From: Takakia lepidozioides
Taxonomy: Eukaryota > Plantae > Bryophyta
Assembly: GCA_030704615.1 (NCBI GenBank)
Contig: CM060733.1
Location: 53,258,001-53,322,000 of the forward strand
Reading direction: 5' to 3'
Length of the DNA stretch: 64,000 nt
The translations under genes were made by a program, and so were the position numbers. Positions 1-12,429 of this stretch are shown here, one piece after another. Each line of letters begins with the position of its first letter. The stretch's first letter is position 1. Below the pieces are notes generated by a model. It was not told the origin of the DNA. It searched no databases and saw only the letters and a list, made by a program, of their open reading frames with translations.

Positions 1-199
1 TCAAGTTGCCAACTTAAGCAGCTCAAGTCCAGCACTCAGCAAATTGACAATTTCAATATTTTTTATTCATATTTATATTTTGGTTTCCTTATTCAATTTT
101 ATACTTAACAAAATGGAATTTCAACATTTGTAATTTGGTGATTTGGGTTTAACTTTGATCTTATGTTTAAGTTTTTAAATTTCATTTTAGATTTTCCCC

Positions 200-860
200 G
201 TTGCTACCAGTGTTGGACTGGTAATAAGAAACTAGTATCAATACTGGAATGTATACTAGTATGAAGTAGAAGTACCAGACCGGTCTGGTACTACCTCAGG
301 CCACTACCTAGCATATATTTGTATTGGCCTGGTATCTGCTTCCTAATACTGTGGACGATACGATGATACCCTACCAGTTGGTTAGGAGGTTGAAAATTTG
401 GTACCTGATACCAGTACCGGATCCATTTTTGTGAGGTAAACCTGGTATCAATACTTTGAGGAACTTGAGGAATACCTTGAGGAATACAATCAATGAGAAG
501 CATGCTTGTACACATTTATATGAGAAGTGGGCCTTCAAAGTTTAACATATCATGAGTCTTTTTGATACCAGACCAGTATTGATAATACCCTGGTATCAAT
601 TTCAAAAAACTCTTTGTATTCTACTTAAGTATTTACTTCTTTATGTATATTTTATTTATTTTCACTTGATAGTTGCCATTTGATAAATTTGTAACTCAAG
701 ATGGCTTTGGAATGACACCAGAGTTGATATCTCATACCAGCAATGATACTCATATTCATACCAGTATCTGGAAAAAAAATACATCCACCATTATATAGAC
801 CAGACTGGTCTGAAAGTTTTGTGATACGCCTGGTACCAGGACCAGTCTGGTATGTAAAAA
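200..860. repeat. Array of TACCAG/CTGGTA motifs in both orientations, probably a non-autonomous DNA transposon remnant
   Basis: More than ten TACCAG/CTGGTA copies, including the perfect 18-bp palindrome TACCAGACCGGTCTGGTA near 273-290. No convincing ORF. Confidence 0.45.
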
Positions 861-884
861 ACTTGATACAACTCCAACACTGGT

Positions 885-1190
885 TGCTACATGATGCTCG
901 TTTCTACACCACGCTTGTCTGTACGGTGTGCTCGTTTCTATACGGTGCTCGTTTACACGGTGCTCATTTCTACATTGTGCTGGTTACTACATTGTGCTGG
1001 TTTCTACATTGTGCTTGTTATTACACTGTGCTCATTTCTACATCGTGCTTGTTACTACAGTGTGCTCGTTTCTCCATGGTGCTCGTTTCTACACGGTGCT
1101 TGTTTCTACAATGCTCGTTTTAACATGGTGCTCATTTTCTACGGTACTTATTTCTACACGTGCTTGTTTCTACACTGTCTCCATTTCCAC
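885..1190. repeat. ~18-bp tandem minisatellite (consensus ~GTTTCTACACGGTGCTC)
   Basis: Directly visible tandem units; they explain the repetitive spurious ORFs at 743-1206. Confidence 0.85.
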
Positions 1191-1197
1191 TAAAGTC

Positions 1198-1332
1198 GGG
1201 CACTGAGCGGCTCAAGTTGCCAATTTGAGCGGCTCAAAGTCTGTCATTCAGCGACTCAAGTTGCCAACGTGAGCGGCTCAAGCCAGGCACTGAGCGTCTC
1301 AAGTTGCCAACTGTGTGACTGACTCAAGCACC
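1198..1332. repeat. ~45-bp tandem repeat containing GCGGCTCAAGTTGCCAA (also at 1-40)
   Basis: Three CTCAAGTTGCCAA copies at 1211-1312; the same motif occurs at the window start. Confidence 0.7.
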
Positions 1333-1613
1333 GACATTATCTTAAAGTGGGTCTGATCAAAAGTTCAGTCACCATAATGTGGCCGGTCACAACTTTCCGT
1401 TTAGTGCTCTTTAGCGTACGAGCAATGGAGCCTGACATGTTAGCTTTATATATGTCTTCACCATATAATTTACAGTACATTGGGTCCATTGAAATATCAC
1501 TGTCGTCCCGCATCAATAATCTCCACGTCTTCGAAAAGCTTGATCTGATCTGTCTCTTCCTCAATTCCCAAAGCTCACAGTTGGGTAGCTTTTTTCTCAC
1601 CCCCTACTGCGGA

Positions 1614-2391
1614 TGATAGATGGATCTGATGGTGCTTGAGAGCATCCATCGTAGAAGCTAGCTAGTGCAGCTCGCTGCCTCAATCAATCTAAATAAGACG
1701 TGAGACCAGCAGCGGCCTCGTCTGTCTGTCAATCATGCGGTACAACTTCTTCACAAGGCTTAGTAATGTACTAGGTGGATTTGAACATGACCCTTATCAT
1801 GGCCCTGGTCAAGCAGTGGGTCGGGTGTGGTTACATCGTTGCACGGGAATTCCGGAGTGAAACGGCCCCCTCCACAAACTCGTCAAGCTAAAGGAAACCA
1901 GTGCCACAAGGCATCAAGCCTCCGTCCAGTTTGGTCAACATCACACTGATCACTGATACTCATATTGCTCTCCCTCTAAGTTGCGTGCAACCTTTTTATA
2001 CTATGCTCAAAAGAGCCGTTACGGTCTGCGGTCGTTAATGACCGTTTGCCTAACTACCTACACAACCTAAAAGGTTTGCTAAAAAGTGGCTCGTTGCAGT
2101 GGTCGTGAGCCATAGTGGTAAACGGTCCACTAATCCCTCTATTGGTTAAAGCCGATGCTAACGTGGCCGTGTGATATCGTGGTTCACGGCTCACAGTTAC
2201 TACACTACCCACTACTGCTCTCGTAGTAATGTACCCTTGTGCCGCCATTGGCTAAGTACCGCGTACTTCGTCGTCTCTGCCTGTGGCCCAGGTAGTGTAC
2301 GTCCATCACTACCCGGTATGTCCCGTTGTGACCCTCGTTGTCTGTCCCTCGTAGCATAGCCGTTATCATTTATCCCCCCCCCCCCCTCTTT
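1614..2391 (-). mobile_element. 3' LTR (1614-2368) with preceding polypurine tract of an LTR retrotransposon
   Basis: Minus strand reads AAGAG-poly(G)-ATAAA, then TGATA...TATCA terminal inverted repeat, with TATAAAAAGG inside (~1991-2000). No partner LTR in the window. Confidence 0.6.
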
Positions 2392-4189
2392 TGAAATTGT
2401 GTCCGCACAATTTCGTCAGTTCCTGTGCTTGTTGTATCTCTTGGGGATGTAAGGTGGTGGTATGCCTGTTTGCAAGGTAGGAAGTGCGTCCCAAGATTGT
2501 CGTGGTGGCAGCTTCTTGTTCCTGTTATCGTCACTGTCTTTCCAATCACCAGGTCTTGAAACTCTTGGTGAGACATTTCCACAGACATTAAAACATGCTG
2601 CATCTTCACATCTCTATTGCCAACTATTTTCTTGTTGAAGTATTTGTCGTTTTGCACGGATTGTGAAAGACTGGCAGCTTCTTCTGTATGGAAAAAGAGA
2701 AATATATCAGATCTTTGCTGAGTCCATTAATCTATGAGTGTAATGATGTTGATGTTCACATGTGGGGTGGCAGGGAGTCCTCCTGCTCAATAGAGTGCTT
2801 ACAGGTCAGCATCACAGCCTTCAATATATTAGTGCCGCCCATACCACAATTGACTCGCAGCTGTGCTTTTTACTTCCAGGTTTCCATTGTGCCCAACTTT
2901 CCTCATAAGTCATCTCCTACCACCTCTCCCATCATCCTATCATAGTCTGTAATGGACCTAGGCTTGTTGTGATGTCTACTATAATAGTCCACAGTAGGAG
3001 GTGGATGAGAAGAGCGACCAGGTGCACTCGCCCCATTGTAGACCGCCCGGAATGCATGGCCCAGTCTTGACCACCAGAACCCGGAACTGTGAAATGAGCA
3101 AAACGGTTTTGAAGTTTGTCAATACAACAGACATGCGGTCTTAGATATGAGACTAATCCCTCTCAACTCCGAAATGTAGAAAGATTAACAACTCGGCCAA
3201 CAAGTACGAGGTACTTCAAATCAAACCAATGTGAGAGGATGTGATAGTGCGATGATGTAATGTGTTTAGATACTGGTCGAAGCTTCGGTGCCTAAAGTAG
3301 GAAAGAGTCTGCACTCCTAGAGGCACGAAATGACACTCTTAGTGGTGAACAATGCAGTGAGTCCACACATTATGGGAGAACTACAGGTCTCGCTCAATAA
3401 GGATCCACAGGTCCTCTCTGAACCCAGCTCAGAGTCGGCAGTGTGAAGAATCTAGCGAAAGAGGCACTTGCAGGAATAATACGTTAAATACGTAGAGAGC
3501 CTCGACAAACACCTATAGATGCATGCTTGCCTCAGACCATCTATCAGCGCTGAAGTAACTAAAACGTTTAACCCGACCCTCATTTTGCAAATGCAGAAGA
3601 ACCAGAATTGCAACTAAATCAGCTCTGAAGTCACTTGGCGATGCAGGAACAAGGCGGACGATAATACTGGAGCGGAAAACTTGTGTCACATGATAATAGG
3701 CTTACCCAAACAACCGATGTGAGCTCCTCTATCACGGGTGGAACTTTGTAAGATCCCAGGGTTGCTAGAAGAACCACGAGCAGTCACAGGACTGTTCACA
3801 GCTCCGACCAGCTGCACCACATGGTTCTGTTCTTTGACGATTCTCCCTCTGTCTCCCCGAAGTCACGAAGATCTTGTAAACCACGAAGGGCGGAGGGTCA
3901 GAGCAAATATCCAATTTCAGGCCTGCAAAGAGAGCTACAGTAAACACTTGGATACACTGGAAGAGCCTCGGAAGGCTGCTACAGGGACAGTGGAAAGCTG
4001 ACGGGAGAGTGAAAGCTGCCATCGTAATTTGGGGGAGCTTTAAAGCCATCTCATCAGCACAAGGGACTACAGAGGTTCTTTTGGCATTCTAGACTTTGCG
4101 TAGATTATCTGACATGATGCTCGGTTTTGCACCATTTATTCCTTGCCCGCCATCTACCAACCCCACTGGGTTGGTACAAGAACCCACCC

Positions 4190-5667
4190 TGGAGGTACAT
4201 AGAGAAGTCCCTTGAAATAAAGTAAGTCATCTATGAACTCGAAGTCGTTCGTAACATGTGGGTTGTCTCGAGGTCGATTTAGTTGACTTCGTAGTGTCAT
4301 AGCGAATTGGTCGCTCTTCAGTGCTTCCTGAATCTCCTTTATGATCTCGGCATTGTCATAGGTGGATATGGATAGCATATTCAATTGGAGATTTGCTGGT
4401 TTCAAGATGATGGATTTCTGTTGGTCAAAAGCTGCATCCCCTTCATTTGCGCCAAGATACGATCGTCGAGAAAGAGCATCTGGTTTTCCTTGAAGGTTTT
4501 TACCTGAAAACTTGTATCAGTACATGGAGAAGAGAAGGAATGAAACTCATAGATCAGACCACTGTATGGACACATACTCCATCTCGCTTAACGTCAATTC
4601 AAAACACGAGCACTCATAAAATATTCGAGGTTTTTGTGATCGGTATAGACAGTGACCTGATGTTTAGCTCCCTCCAATAGATGACGTCACTCCTCAAAAG
4701 CATCGATAATCACTAGAAATTCTTTGTCATGGATTTTATAATTGATCTCCGCAGCGAAAAATTTGCGAGAACGAAAACCAACAGGGTGGAGTCGGCCATC
4801 TATACCGTATTGTGAGAGTATCGCGCCAAGTGCAAAGTCCGATGCATCTGCTTCTAAGAAGAATGGTTTAGATGGGTCTACATGTACAAGTATTGGAGCC
4901 GTTGTAAATGCCTGCTTCAGCCTTTTAAATGTCTGGTCAGCCTTCTCGTCCCATACAAATTTGTCCTTCCTTGTGAGTCGTGTCAATGGTGCAGCAATTT
5001 TGGAGTAGTCATTGATGAAGATTCTATAGAAATTTGCAAAACCCAGAAAACATTGTACATCTCGGACCGAAGTTGGTTTAATCCACTCGATGATGGTTTG
5101 TATTTTCTTCTGATCCATAAAGACGCCTTTGTCGGAAATAATGTAGCCCAGAAATTCGACCTCAGATTGATGGAAAAGACATTTCTCCAACTTGGCATAT
5201 AGTCATCTTTATCTTAATTTATCAAAGACAAGGCGTACATGGCGGCCATGTTCTTCTTCGTTCTGTGAAAATATCAAAATGTCGTCCAAATAGATGACTA
5301 CAAAGTCATCTAAAAATTCTCAAAAGATGTCATTCATCATATGTTGGAAAATCGCTGGAGCATTTGTAAGACCGAAAGGCATAACACTGTATTCAAAATG
5401 TCCATACCTTGTTCGAAAAGCTGTTTTCCATTCGTCTCCTTCTTTTATCCGTACAAGGTTATAAGCTCCTCTCAAGTCAATTTTGGTGAAAATCTTCGTT
5501 CGTCCCAGCTGGTCGAGAAGCCCAGAAATCAGCGGCAACGGATAACGATTCTTGATTGTGACTTTGTTGAGACCGCGATAGTCGACACACATGCGTAATG
5601 ATCCGTCCTTCTTTTTCACAAACAAGATAGGCGCCCTTGCGGGTGATTTGGAATGTCGGATGAAGTG
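4190..5667 (-). pseudogene. Tcn1/chromovirus-like Ty3/Gypsy pol fragment (RT, RNase H); 3' half of the interrupted host element
   Basis: [61 protein letters not shown] (~5281-5292), LEADASDFALGAIL. Contains stops and is truncated before the integrase. Confidence 0.9.
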
Positions 5668-5844
5668 TGTCGTGCGCATACATATCGCTACACAACTACA
5701 TCGCTGTCCAAAACCACACAACACATGTGCACACCACACACTAGTATACTACTAGTCCACCACTAGCCCAGCCACTAGGCTACAACTAGTCAGTCACTAG
5801 GCTGCCATTATGCTGCCCACTATGGCAGTCACTAGTCCACACAA
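5668..5844 (-). repeat. Element 1 terminal repeat A (3' terminal copy)
   Basis: Near-identical to 6163-6350 apart from an 11-bp indel; ends GCACGACA in the sense strand. Confidence 0.95.
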
Positions 5845-6160
5845 TGATAAAGAAGAAGAATACAAGCACAAGCTCACAAATCTGAAGCATAAACTCATGC
5901 ATATATAACCTCATCACTCAAATACAAGTCAAGCCAAGTGCACCCCACGCCATGGGGAATCCACACTACGGCGCCATAGCTAGGCGCGGTGAGGCTCAAC
6001 TCGAGAAAGATGAGCCTCCGCGCTTGCCGTGAAGATAACCACTCCAGGGCCTAAATCTGCCTTGACCCCTGGATTGACACTTGGGCCAATCCCAAATGTC
6101 AATATGTAAAAGCTAGCTATTTCCTAGCTAGTTTCACACTAGTGGTAAAATAACTTGACA
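5845..6160 (-). repeat. Element 1 repeat B (internal 3' copy)
   Basis: Near-identical to 16863-17179 (only ~2-3 differences seen). Confidence 0.95.
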
Positions 6161-6162
6161 GC

Positions 6163-6350
6163 TGTCGTGCGCATACATATCGCTACACAACTACATCGCT
6201 GTCCAAAACCACACAACACATGTGCACACCACACACTAGTATACTACTAGTCCACCACTAGCCCAGCCCTAGTCCAACCACTAGGCTACAACTAGTCAGT
6301 CACTAGGCTGCCACTATGCTGCCCACTATGGCAGTCACTAGTCCACACAA
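6163..6350 (-). repeat. Element 1 repeat A (internal copy, directly after the PPT)
   Basis: Copy of 5668-5844, separated from B by the dinucleotide GC (6161-6162). Confidence 0.95.
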
Positions 6351-6368
6351 TCGCCCCCCTAGCTGGTG
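6351..6368 (-). promoter_or_regulatory. Polypurine tract (plus-strand primer) of element 1
   Basis: Sense CACCAGCTAGGGGGGCGA, identical to 21455-21472 in element 2 and abutting repeat A in both. Confidence 0.8.
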
Positions 6369-6608
6369 CTTAGGTCCCTCTAAGTCAGGTAGCCACAAGA
6401 TGTGATAGTGACCATAGCCTCACTAAGTCCTCCACCATTATCCCTACTACACTCAAACTCGATAGATCAAGAGGCCGGGTGCAAGAGTTGCCCCATCATT
6501 AGTCGCCGTCTTGCAACCTGTGAACTTGAGCTTGGGATCTCATGTATTGACTCCTATGAGCTTGGCCTCCCATGTCTTGTTAGCTGCCTCCAGTCATGTC
6601 CACTGCCA

Positions 6609-8024
6609 CTATCCCAAGCAGTGTGGACACAACCAATCTCCGTCAGGAACCTTCTCAAGAGGTGGTGTCAAGCATCCCATATGCCAACCCCTTGAGCATC
6701 GATCACACACCAGCATGGTGGCTGCCCCTTTGGCAGACCCACAGAGCATGCACCTCAAACCTGCAGGTACCACTGCCAAGTTTGGGTCAACTCTGCCATC
6801 GACATTGGGAAGGTGACATGGCGCACAATTACGCACATGGTCCTTCCAAGTCATGCCATCCCGACCCTCCAAGATCAGGACCCCTGAGGGCAACACCTCT
6901 CGAACCCTCAGAATAACACGCCCTGCAGTAACATCCAGAGTCGTAGGAGCAGTCTGCTGCAAATAAACATAGTCACCAGGGCTAAACCTCCGAACCCCAG
7001 GACGATATCCTCCACCACGTATAGTGGCATACCTCAACGTATCACGGTGCTGTGCAATGGCAAGGTTCTCAAAAGCCATGGGCATGACTTTCTTGAACAA
7101 CTCTGCACGCTGATCACATGCACGTACCCACACGTCCGGATCGTCAAGGTTAAGGACTTGAGCAGTGTCCCTACGAATGGCTGCAGGCAAATCCGGCTCG
7201 GCCAAAGAGAAGGAAATATGGTGAGAAGGAGGCAAGTGATGCTTGTTTGCTGAACCTGTAGCCCATGGCTAACCAAGGAACCTGAAGATCCCAATCTCCT
7301 AGGTGTCCCTTCTGCAAGCCATACTTGCGCAAACCCTCTTCACCGTCTGAACAACTCTCTCTGCTAAGCCATCGGCCTCAGGATGATCCGAGAAGTGGTG
7401 CGGTGGTCTATCAAGGCTTTATCACACAAAGCCTGAAACTCCCCCAAGAACTCTCCCTTGGTCCGTGAGTACTCAGCTGGAGCACCAAATCGGCTAAGCA
7501 CACGATCCAAGAATGCATACGCAGCCCCCTCACTAGCCTTGTCAGGCAATGGAACCAACTCAATCCCTTGGAGAAGTGCTCCACCATCACCAACACATAT
7601 CTGTGGTGGCGCATAGTCAGTGGCAACGGTCCTGCGAAGTCAAGACTCCACCTGTAGCCCAATCCCATGATTGGTAAAGGATGCAACTGTGGTGTAGGGG
7701 CGTTGAATGAAGCACGCACCCTGTCACACACCATGCACCTAGCCACAAACTGTTGCACCTCTGTATGCATACCACGCCACCAATACTGCCCCTGCAGTAA
7801 ACTGTGAGTGCGTCGCACTCCAAAATGCCCAACTCCTCATGGGCATGCCGCACTAACCGTGCACGCTGTGTGGGGTGAGGCACAATCCTCACCCGACCAT
7901 CCTCCCACACTCGAAGTAGGTGTATCCCCTCCCACTTGAACCTCTTGGCTCGTTGCAGGATCCGATCCCTCTCCCTGGCAGTCACAATGGCTGCCGTGTC
8001 TCCCGTGCGGAGGTAGTCCAACAC
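6609..8024 (-). CDS. DDE integrase with HHCC zinc finger and C-terminal PHD finger (frameshifted as assembled)
   Basis: HAHEELG...CMVC, WSLDFAGPLP, GDYVYL, and a C4HC3 PHD: CMLC...MLVCDRCSRGWHMGCLTPPLEKVPDGDWLCPHC. Confidence 0.9.
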
Positions 8025-8100
8025 AGCCGAATCCTCATGTATATCTCTGGCACCACCTAGCTCATCACTAGCTCAGGGTCCTCAGACACTCCGTCTACAG

Positions 8101-9600
8101 TCATCCCTGTTGTAGGTCCAATCTGACCTCCCGATGCCAAGATACACAAAAATGCAGATGCGTGCCATCCGGCACCATCTCCTCGTCCGTCTCACCATGC
8201 CACCGAGCTCCAGTGTCATCCTGCTGGCTCATGCATGGATTGCGACTCAATCCATCCGCATCCCGATTGACCAAACCCGGTCGATGCACAACCTGAAAGT
8301 CATACTCCTGGAGTATAAGTGCCCACCGTGCAAGCTTCCCCGTAAGCTTGTCTGACTCCATCAACCACTTGAGTGGCTGGTGATCCGTGACAAGGGTGAA
8401 AAGATTGCCGTATAGATAGCACCTGAAGTGTGCCACGGCCCACACTGCAGCTAAGCACTCTCCCTCATATGAGCTGTACTTAGCCTCTGCAGCGTTGTTC
8501 GAGCGGCTAGCGTAAGCCACTACGAACTCTCTTCCCTCATCATCCACTGTGTGAGCACCGCTCCAAGCCCCAGCATGCTCCAATCCGTATGCAGCTGAAA
8601 GGGACGCCCCCTGATAGGTCGTCTCAAGATAGGCGCCGGTCAACCTCGCCTTGAGCTCTTGAAAAGCTCGTTCCTGCTCATCTTCCCACTGCCACTCCTG
8701 GTCCACCTTGGTCAGCTTGGTTAGAGCCTTTGCAATGGTACTAAATCCCTTGACAAACCGTCTATAATAGTTTGCCAACCCCATGAAAGCTCGAACTCGG
8801 CTCACATCGTGGGGCGTGGAATTTGTGCAATGGCCTCTACCTTAGTCTGCTGTACCCCCAATCCTCCATATCATGTGACCCAGATACTCAATCTGGTTGT
8901 GGAAAAACTTGCACTTCCCGGATGCAACTTCAATCCGTGCGCTCTCAAGCGCTCCAATACCACCTGAAGGTGTCTCTCATGCTCCTCCATCGTAACACTA
9001 AAGATGATGATGTCATCTATGTAGCACCGAGCAAAGTCCACCCCTGCTAGAATCCTATCCATGACTCTCTGAAACTCTGCAGGAGCATTCTTAAGCCCAA
9101 ATGGTAAGAACCGCCACTGATATAGGCAATCCTTGCCGTGCTCATTGATCCCCCAGAATGCCGTCTTGCTTGTCCGCCTCCTTGATTGGCAACTGGTGAT
9201 ATCCGGATCGTAAATCCAAAGTGCTAAAGGCTTAGCATGCCCGATGGCATCAAAGATCTCCTCTGGTGTTGGCATGGCATACTTATCGGACTTGGTCTGA
9301 CGATTTACAGGCCGGTAATCACCGCACATACGTCTCTCCGTCCAATTGCCATAGACATCCTTCTTGGCTGGCATCACTGTGGCTGAAGCATACTCTCCAC
9401 CAGAGAGCTCCACCAAACCTGCCTCCCAGAGATCTTGAGTCCTCATCTGAATCAAAGACCTCTCCATGTCACTGTATCTATAGGGTCTCCGAAAGATTGG
9501 CGTGTCAGTGGCCAACTCAATACGGATCTCTTGACCCTTCAGTGCTCCCAAGTCCTTCAAACTGAAGGCAAAGCAATTCCTGTAAGCCCTCAGGAACCGC
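8101..9600 (-). CDS. Reverse transcriptase and RNase H, Ty3/Gypsy type (frameshifted as assembled)
   Basis: RMCGDYRPVN, FLPFGLKNAPAEFQR, CYIDDII, VRAFMGLANYYRRF, VAYASR, EGECLAAVWAV, TDHQPL, LARW. Confidence 0.93.
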
Positions 9601-10004
9601 CGTATACGTCGTCTCTCTCCTCCGGTGACAATGGGTCCAATGTCAGGCTCCCAATTGTCCTCCGTAACTACAACCTTAAGTCCAGTGGGCTTAGAGGTAG
9701 AGGACGCGTCCCGTGGTTGCTATGCTGCAACCTCTTGAGCAGTACTCCCCTGCTCAGTCAATGACAAGCCTCATCCTGCCCCATCATCTCATGAGGACCT
9801 CCTCAACCGAGAAGAATCCCCAACCTCATCCATCACAGCCGCCTTGGCTGCCAACTCCCTCTGAACCTCGAGCACCTCCCACGTGTGCCATGGATGCATG
9901 CACCCCGTGGTCCTCACATGCTCGCCCCCACTCACTGCTGTACCGTCTCGGTAGGCAGAGAGACCATTGAGGGAAGTGTACTCCGCACTCTGCGTTGCTC
10001 AGCA

Positions 10005-10960
10005 GAGCCAAGCTGATAATCCAGGTCAAGCAATTGAGATCCATTGCTTGCCCCAACACTTGACGACGTGATGCCTCAGAAAGAGACGACACCGCGTGGT
10101 ACCAGTGGTAAAACCCATTGCCCGCTCACGCTCGTCAGCATTAGGCTCCACTAACTGCTGCAACTGAGCATCCCACAGGAGGCCAGGTCCACTATCCCGG
10201 AAAGCATGCGATCCTGGGAAGCTGAGCAGTGTAGGTAATGCTGCTCGTGGTTGACCCACCTTGTTGACCACTGCCAAAGGCGAACGGTCATCGTGTCTCA
10301 CACGCTGAGACTGCCTCCCTGTCCAGAATGTTATCCACTGTGAGATGTGCTGGCCGCTGCACCCCATCAAATGCACGCTTGAGCAGTGGGTGGCATCAAG
10401 TTAGTCCACCATAGCCGTGGACGATGAGCCCGTGACCCCACTGTAGCTGCATCTAGCAACACTGCTGACCCAAGCCACGACCGGACTTGATGCACACTGG
10501 CCATCACCCTGGCCCGAGAATCGCCCATCAGTGGCACATTCTCCAAGATGTATGCTGGAGATACAGCTTGATGAAGCTGCAAGTGGCGCAAAACCCGCAC
10601 CATCTCCCAAAACAGACCCGACCTCGAGTCTCGCAATCCATTGCCATGCCCGGCTGATGAATGCCCTTGGCAGGGCCAACCTGCCACTACCAGATCAATG
10701 GAGCCAACCCGCTCCAAATCCTGCGCCCCCAGCAACGAAATGTCTGCTGGCAAGGCCTGCTGATATCCACGAATTGCAGACACCGACAACAACTCAGGGT
10801 ACCGCTGCACCAACTGAGCAACATGGCGAAGTGAAACGCGTCGTGCAGTCTCATCCCTCTCCACATACAGGTAACGCCGAACTCGTACACCTGCCTGTAA
10901 CACAGCAGCCAATCCGGTGCTGATCCCGCCAAACAAGTCCAGAAGACAAATGCCTTCATC
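10005..10960 (-). CDS. DNMT3-like C5-cytosine DNA methyltransferase domain within the retroelement polyprotein
   Basis: Motif I LDLFGGIS, motif IV DLVVAGWPCQG, motif VI YILENV, motif VIII DAATVGSRAHRPRLWWTNL, motif IX ERERAMGF, motif X RRQVLGQAM (last two in shifted frames). In frame with the protease C-terminus in ORF 10367-11584. Confidence 0.92.
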
Positions 10961-11299
10961 CGGATACTGCCACACAATAGGTGTGGTGTCCAATGGAGAC
11001 AATTGAGGTGGTCCTGGTGCAATCCCCACACTCTCCTCCTCTCCTGACGGTACAAAAGCCTCCACCCAGGCTTGTTGCACCCGTCGATCAGCATCCCGCT
11101 GCAAATCCTTGCTCGTGCCCCACAATGGAGTCTGAGCAACCATGGTAGGCAACTCCGCCATACCATACATGTCATCCTGCTCTCCCGGAGGTGGTACATC
11201 CTCTGAATGAGCATTGCCCTCAAGCAACTCTCTAGGCCAACTCACTGCCGCTGTGAATGCTGCTAGTGTCGGCATCTTGCCTCGCTGGGCAACCGCAAC

Positions 11300-11720
11300 T
11301 CCTCCTATGAACGTCACAGGGAGCTGCACACGCCGGCCCTCCCCTGACTGCCATGCAGGCCTATAGGAAGCTGACTCCTCCCAAAAATCCAGGGTGAAGC
11401 CCATGGGGTACAACACTGCCCCACCAACCAGGACATCGTATGAGACTGCGTCTGTCACAATGGCCTTGGCTCGCATCACTGAGCCATCTGTAGGGTGATC
11501 CGGCCGTAGTCTGATAGCCAACTCACGCCGTGTCATGCCCGAGCCTGCTCCGATCCCAGAGACGTCTGTATCTGGAAAGGACAAGGCTCCATATCCGCCT
11601 CCGTGAGGCCCAAGCCTGCAATAGCAGCTCTGCCCAGCATCAATGGCTGAGCTCCCGAGTCCAACAAGACCCGCAGTGGCCGGTACCTCTTGCCTGCCGG
11701 TCCACTCAAACAGAAAATGC
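11300..11720 (-). CDS. Aspartic protease of element 1
   Basis: RVLLDSGAQPLMLG active-site motif and downstream YDVLVGGAVL. Confidence 0.85.
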
Positions 11721-12429
11721 CATCCTGGTTGTCTAACATGACAACTCCAGGTGTCACCATGGCGCGCTCAATGGCTGGCCTAGCTGGCAGCTCCATCAAC
11801 CTGGCAGCTGCAGCTTGCCATGGCGCCGCCGTGGCAGTCTTGACCCTCAAATCCGAGGATCCCTCCGGCACTACACCTCCCACTATCTCCCGCAGAAGAT
11901 GAAGTAACCTCCCCACTCTCACAGAGTGTAGCTGCCAGCCTGAACACCTCAGCTGGTCTTACCCCGGCGTCGCAATCATGGTAGCCGAGAACAATGGAGC
12001 CTGGCACACAGATGTGGCCGCTCCTAGCAGCACACTAGCTGCCGTAGCCTTGGCAACACTAGGTAGTGGTGCTACCCGTGTAGCTCTCCCCAATGGCATA
12101 GTAACCTCCGCCTCGGTAACAGTCGGGCGAGAACTAGGTGCCATGGATGGCGTCGACACTGTCTCCGCCAATGTGAATGACTGAGGAAGCCTAGCCCTGA
12201 CGGCTTGCCTCCCCACGCTGTGGATCCAACTCCACCTCTGCACCTCGTGGCTCAGGAACTCGTGCTGCTCCTCGAGTCACGGCTGCAGCAGACTCCACCT
12301 GCACTAGTGGTAGTGCTGCTCCACACATGAATCCCATGCCTCCCATATCTCCTCCCTCAGGAGCAGGAGGTGGACCATCCGGCCTTAGAGCCGGTACCAC
12401 CTGAGCTGTAGCCATGGCAGCGAGCCCTC

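Noticed and set aside
743-1206. Cys/Tyr-rich overlapping ORFs
   Set aside because: They are translations of the 18-bp minisatellite.
1337-1600. 87-aa ORF with a faint Costars-like TLKSTKRKVV stretch
   Set aside because: Similarity is too short and other motifs are absent.
5668-6160. Treating B+A as an ordinary LTR with a deleted 5' partner
   Set aside because: The PPT abuts the internal A rather than B, the PBS abuts B, and element 2 shows the same layout.
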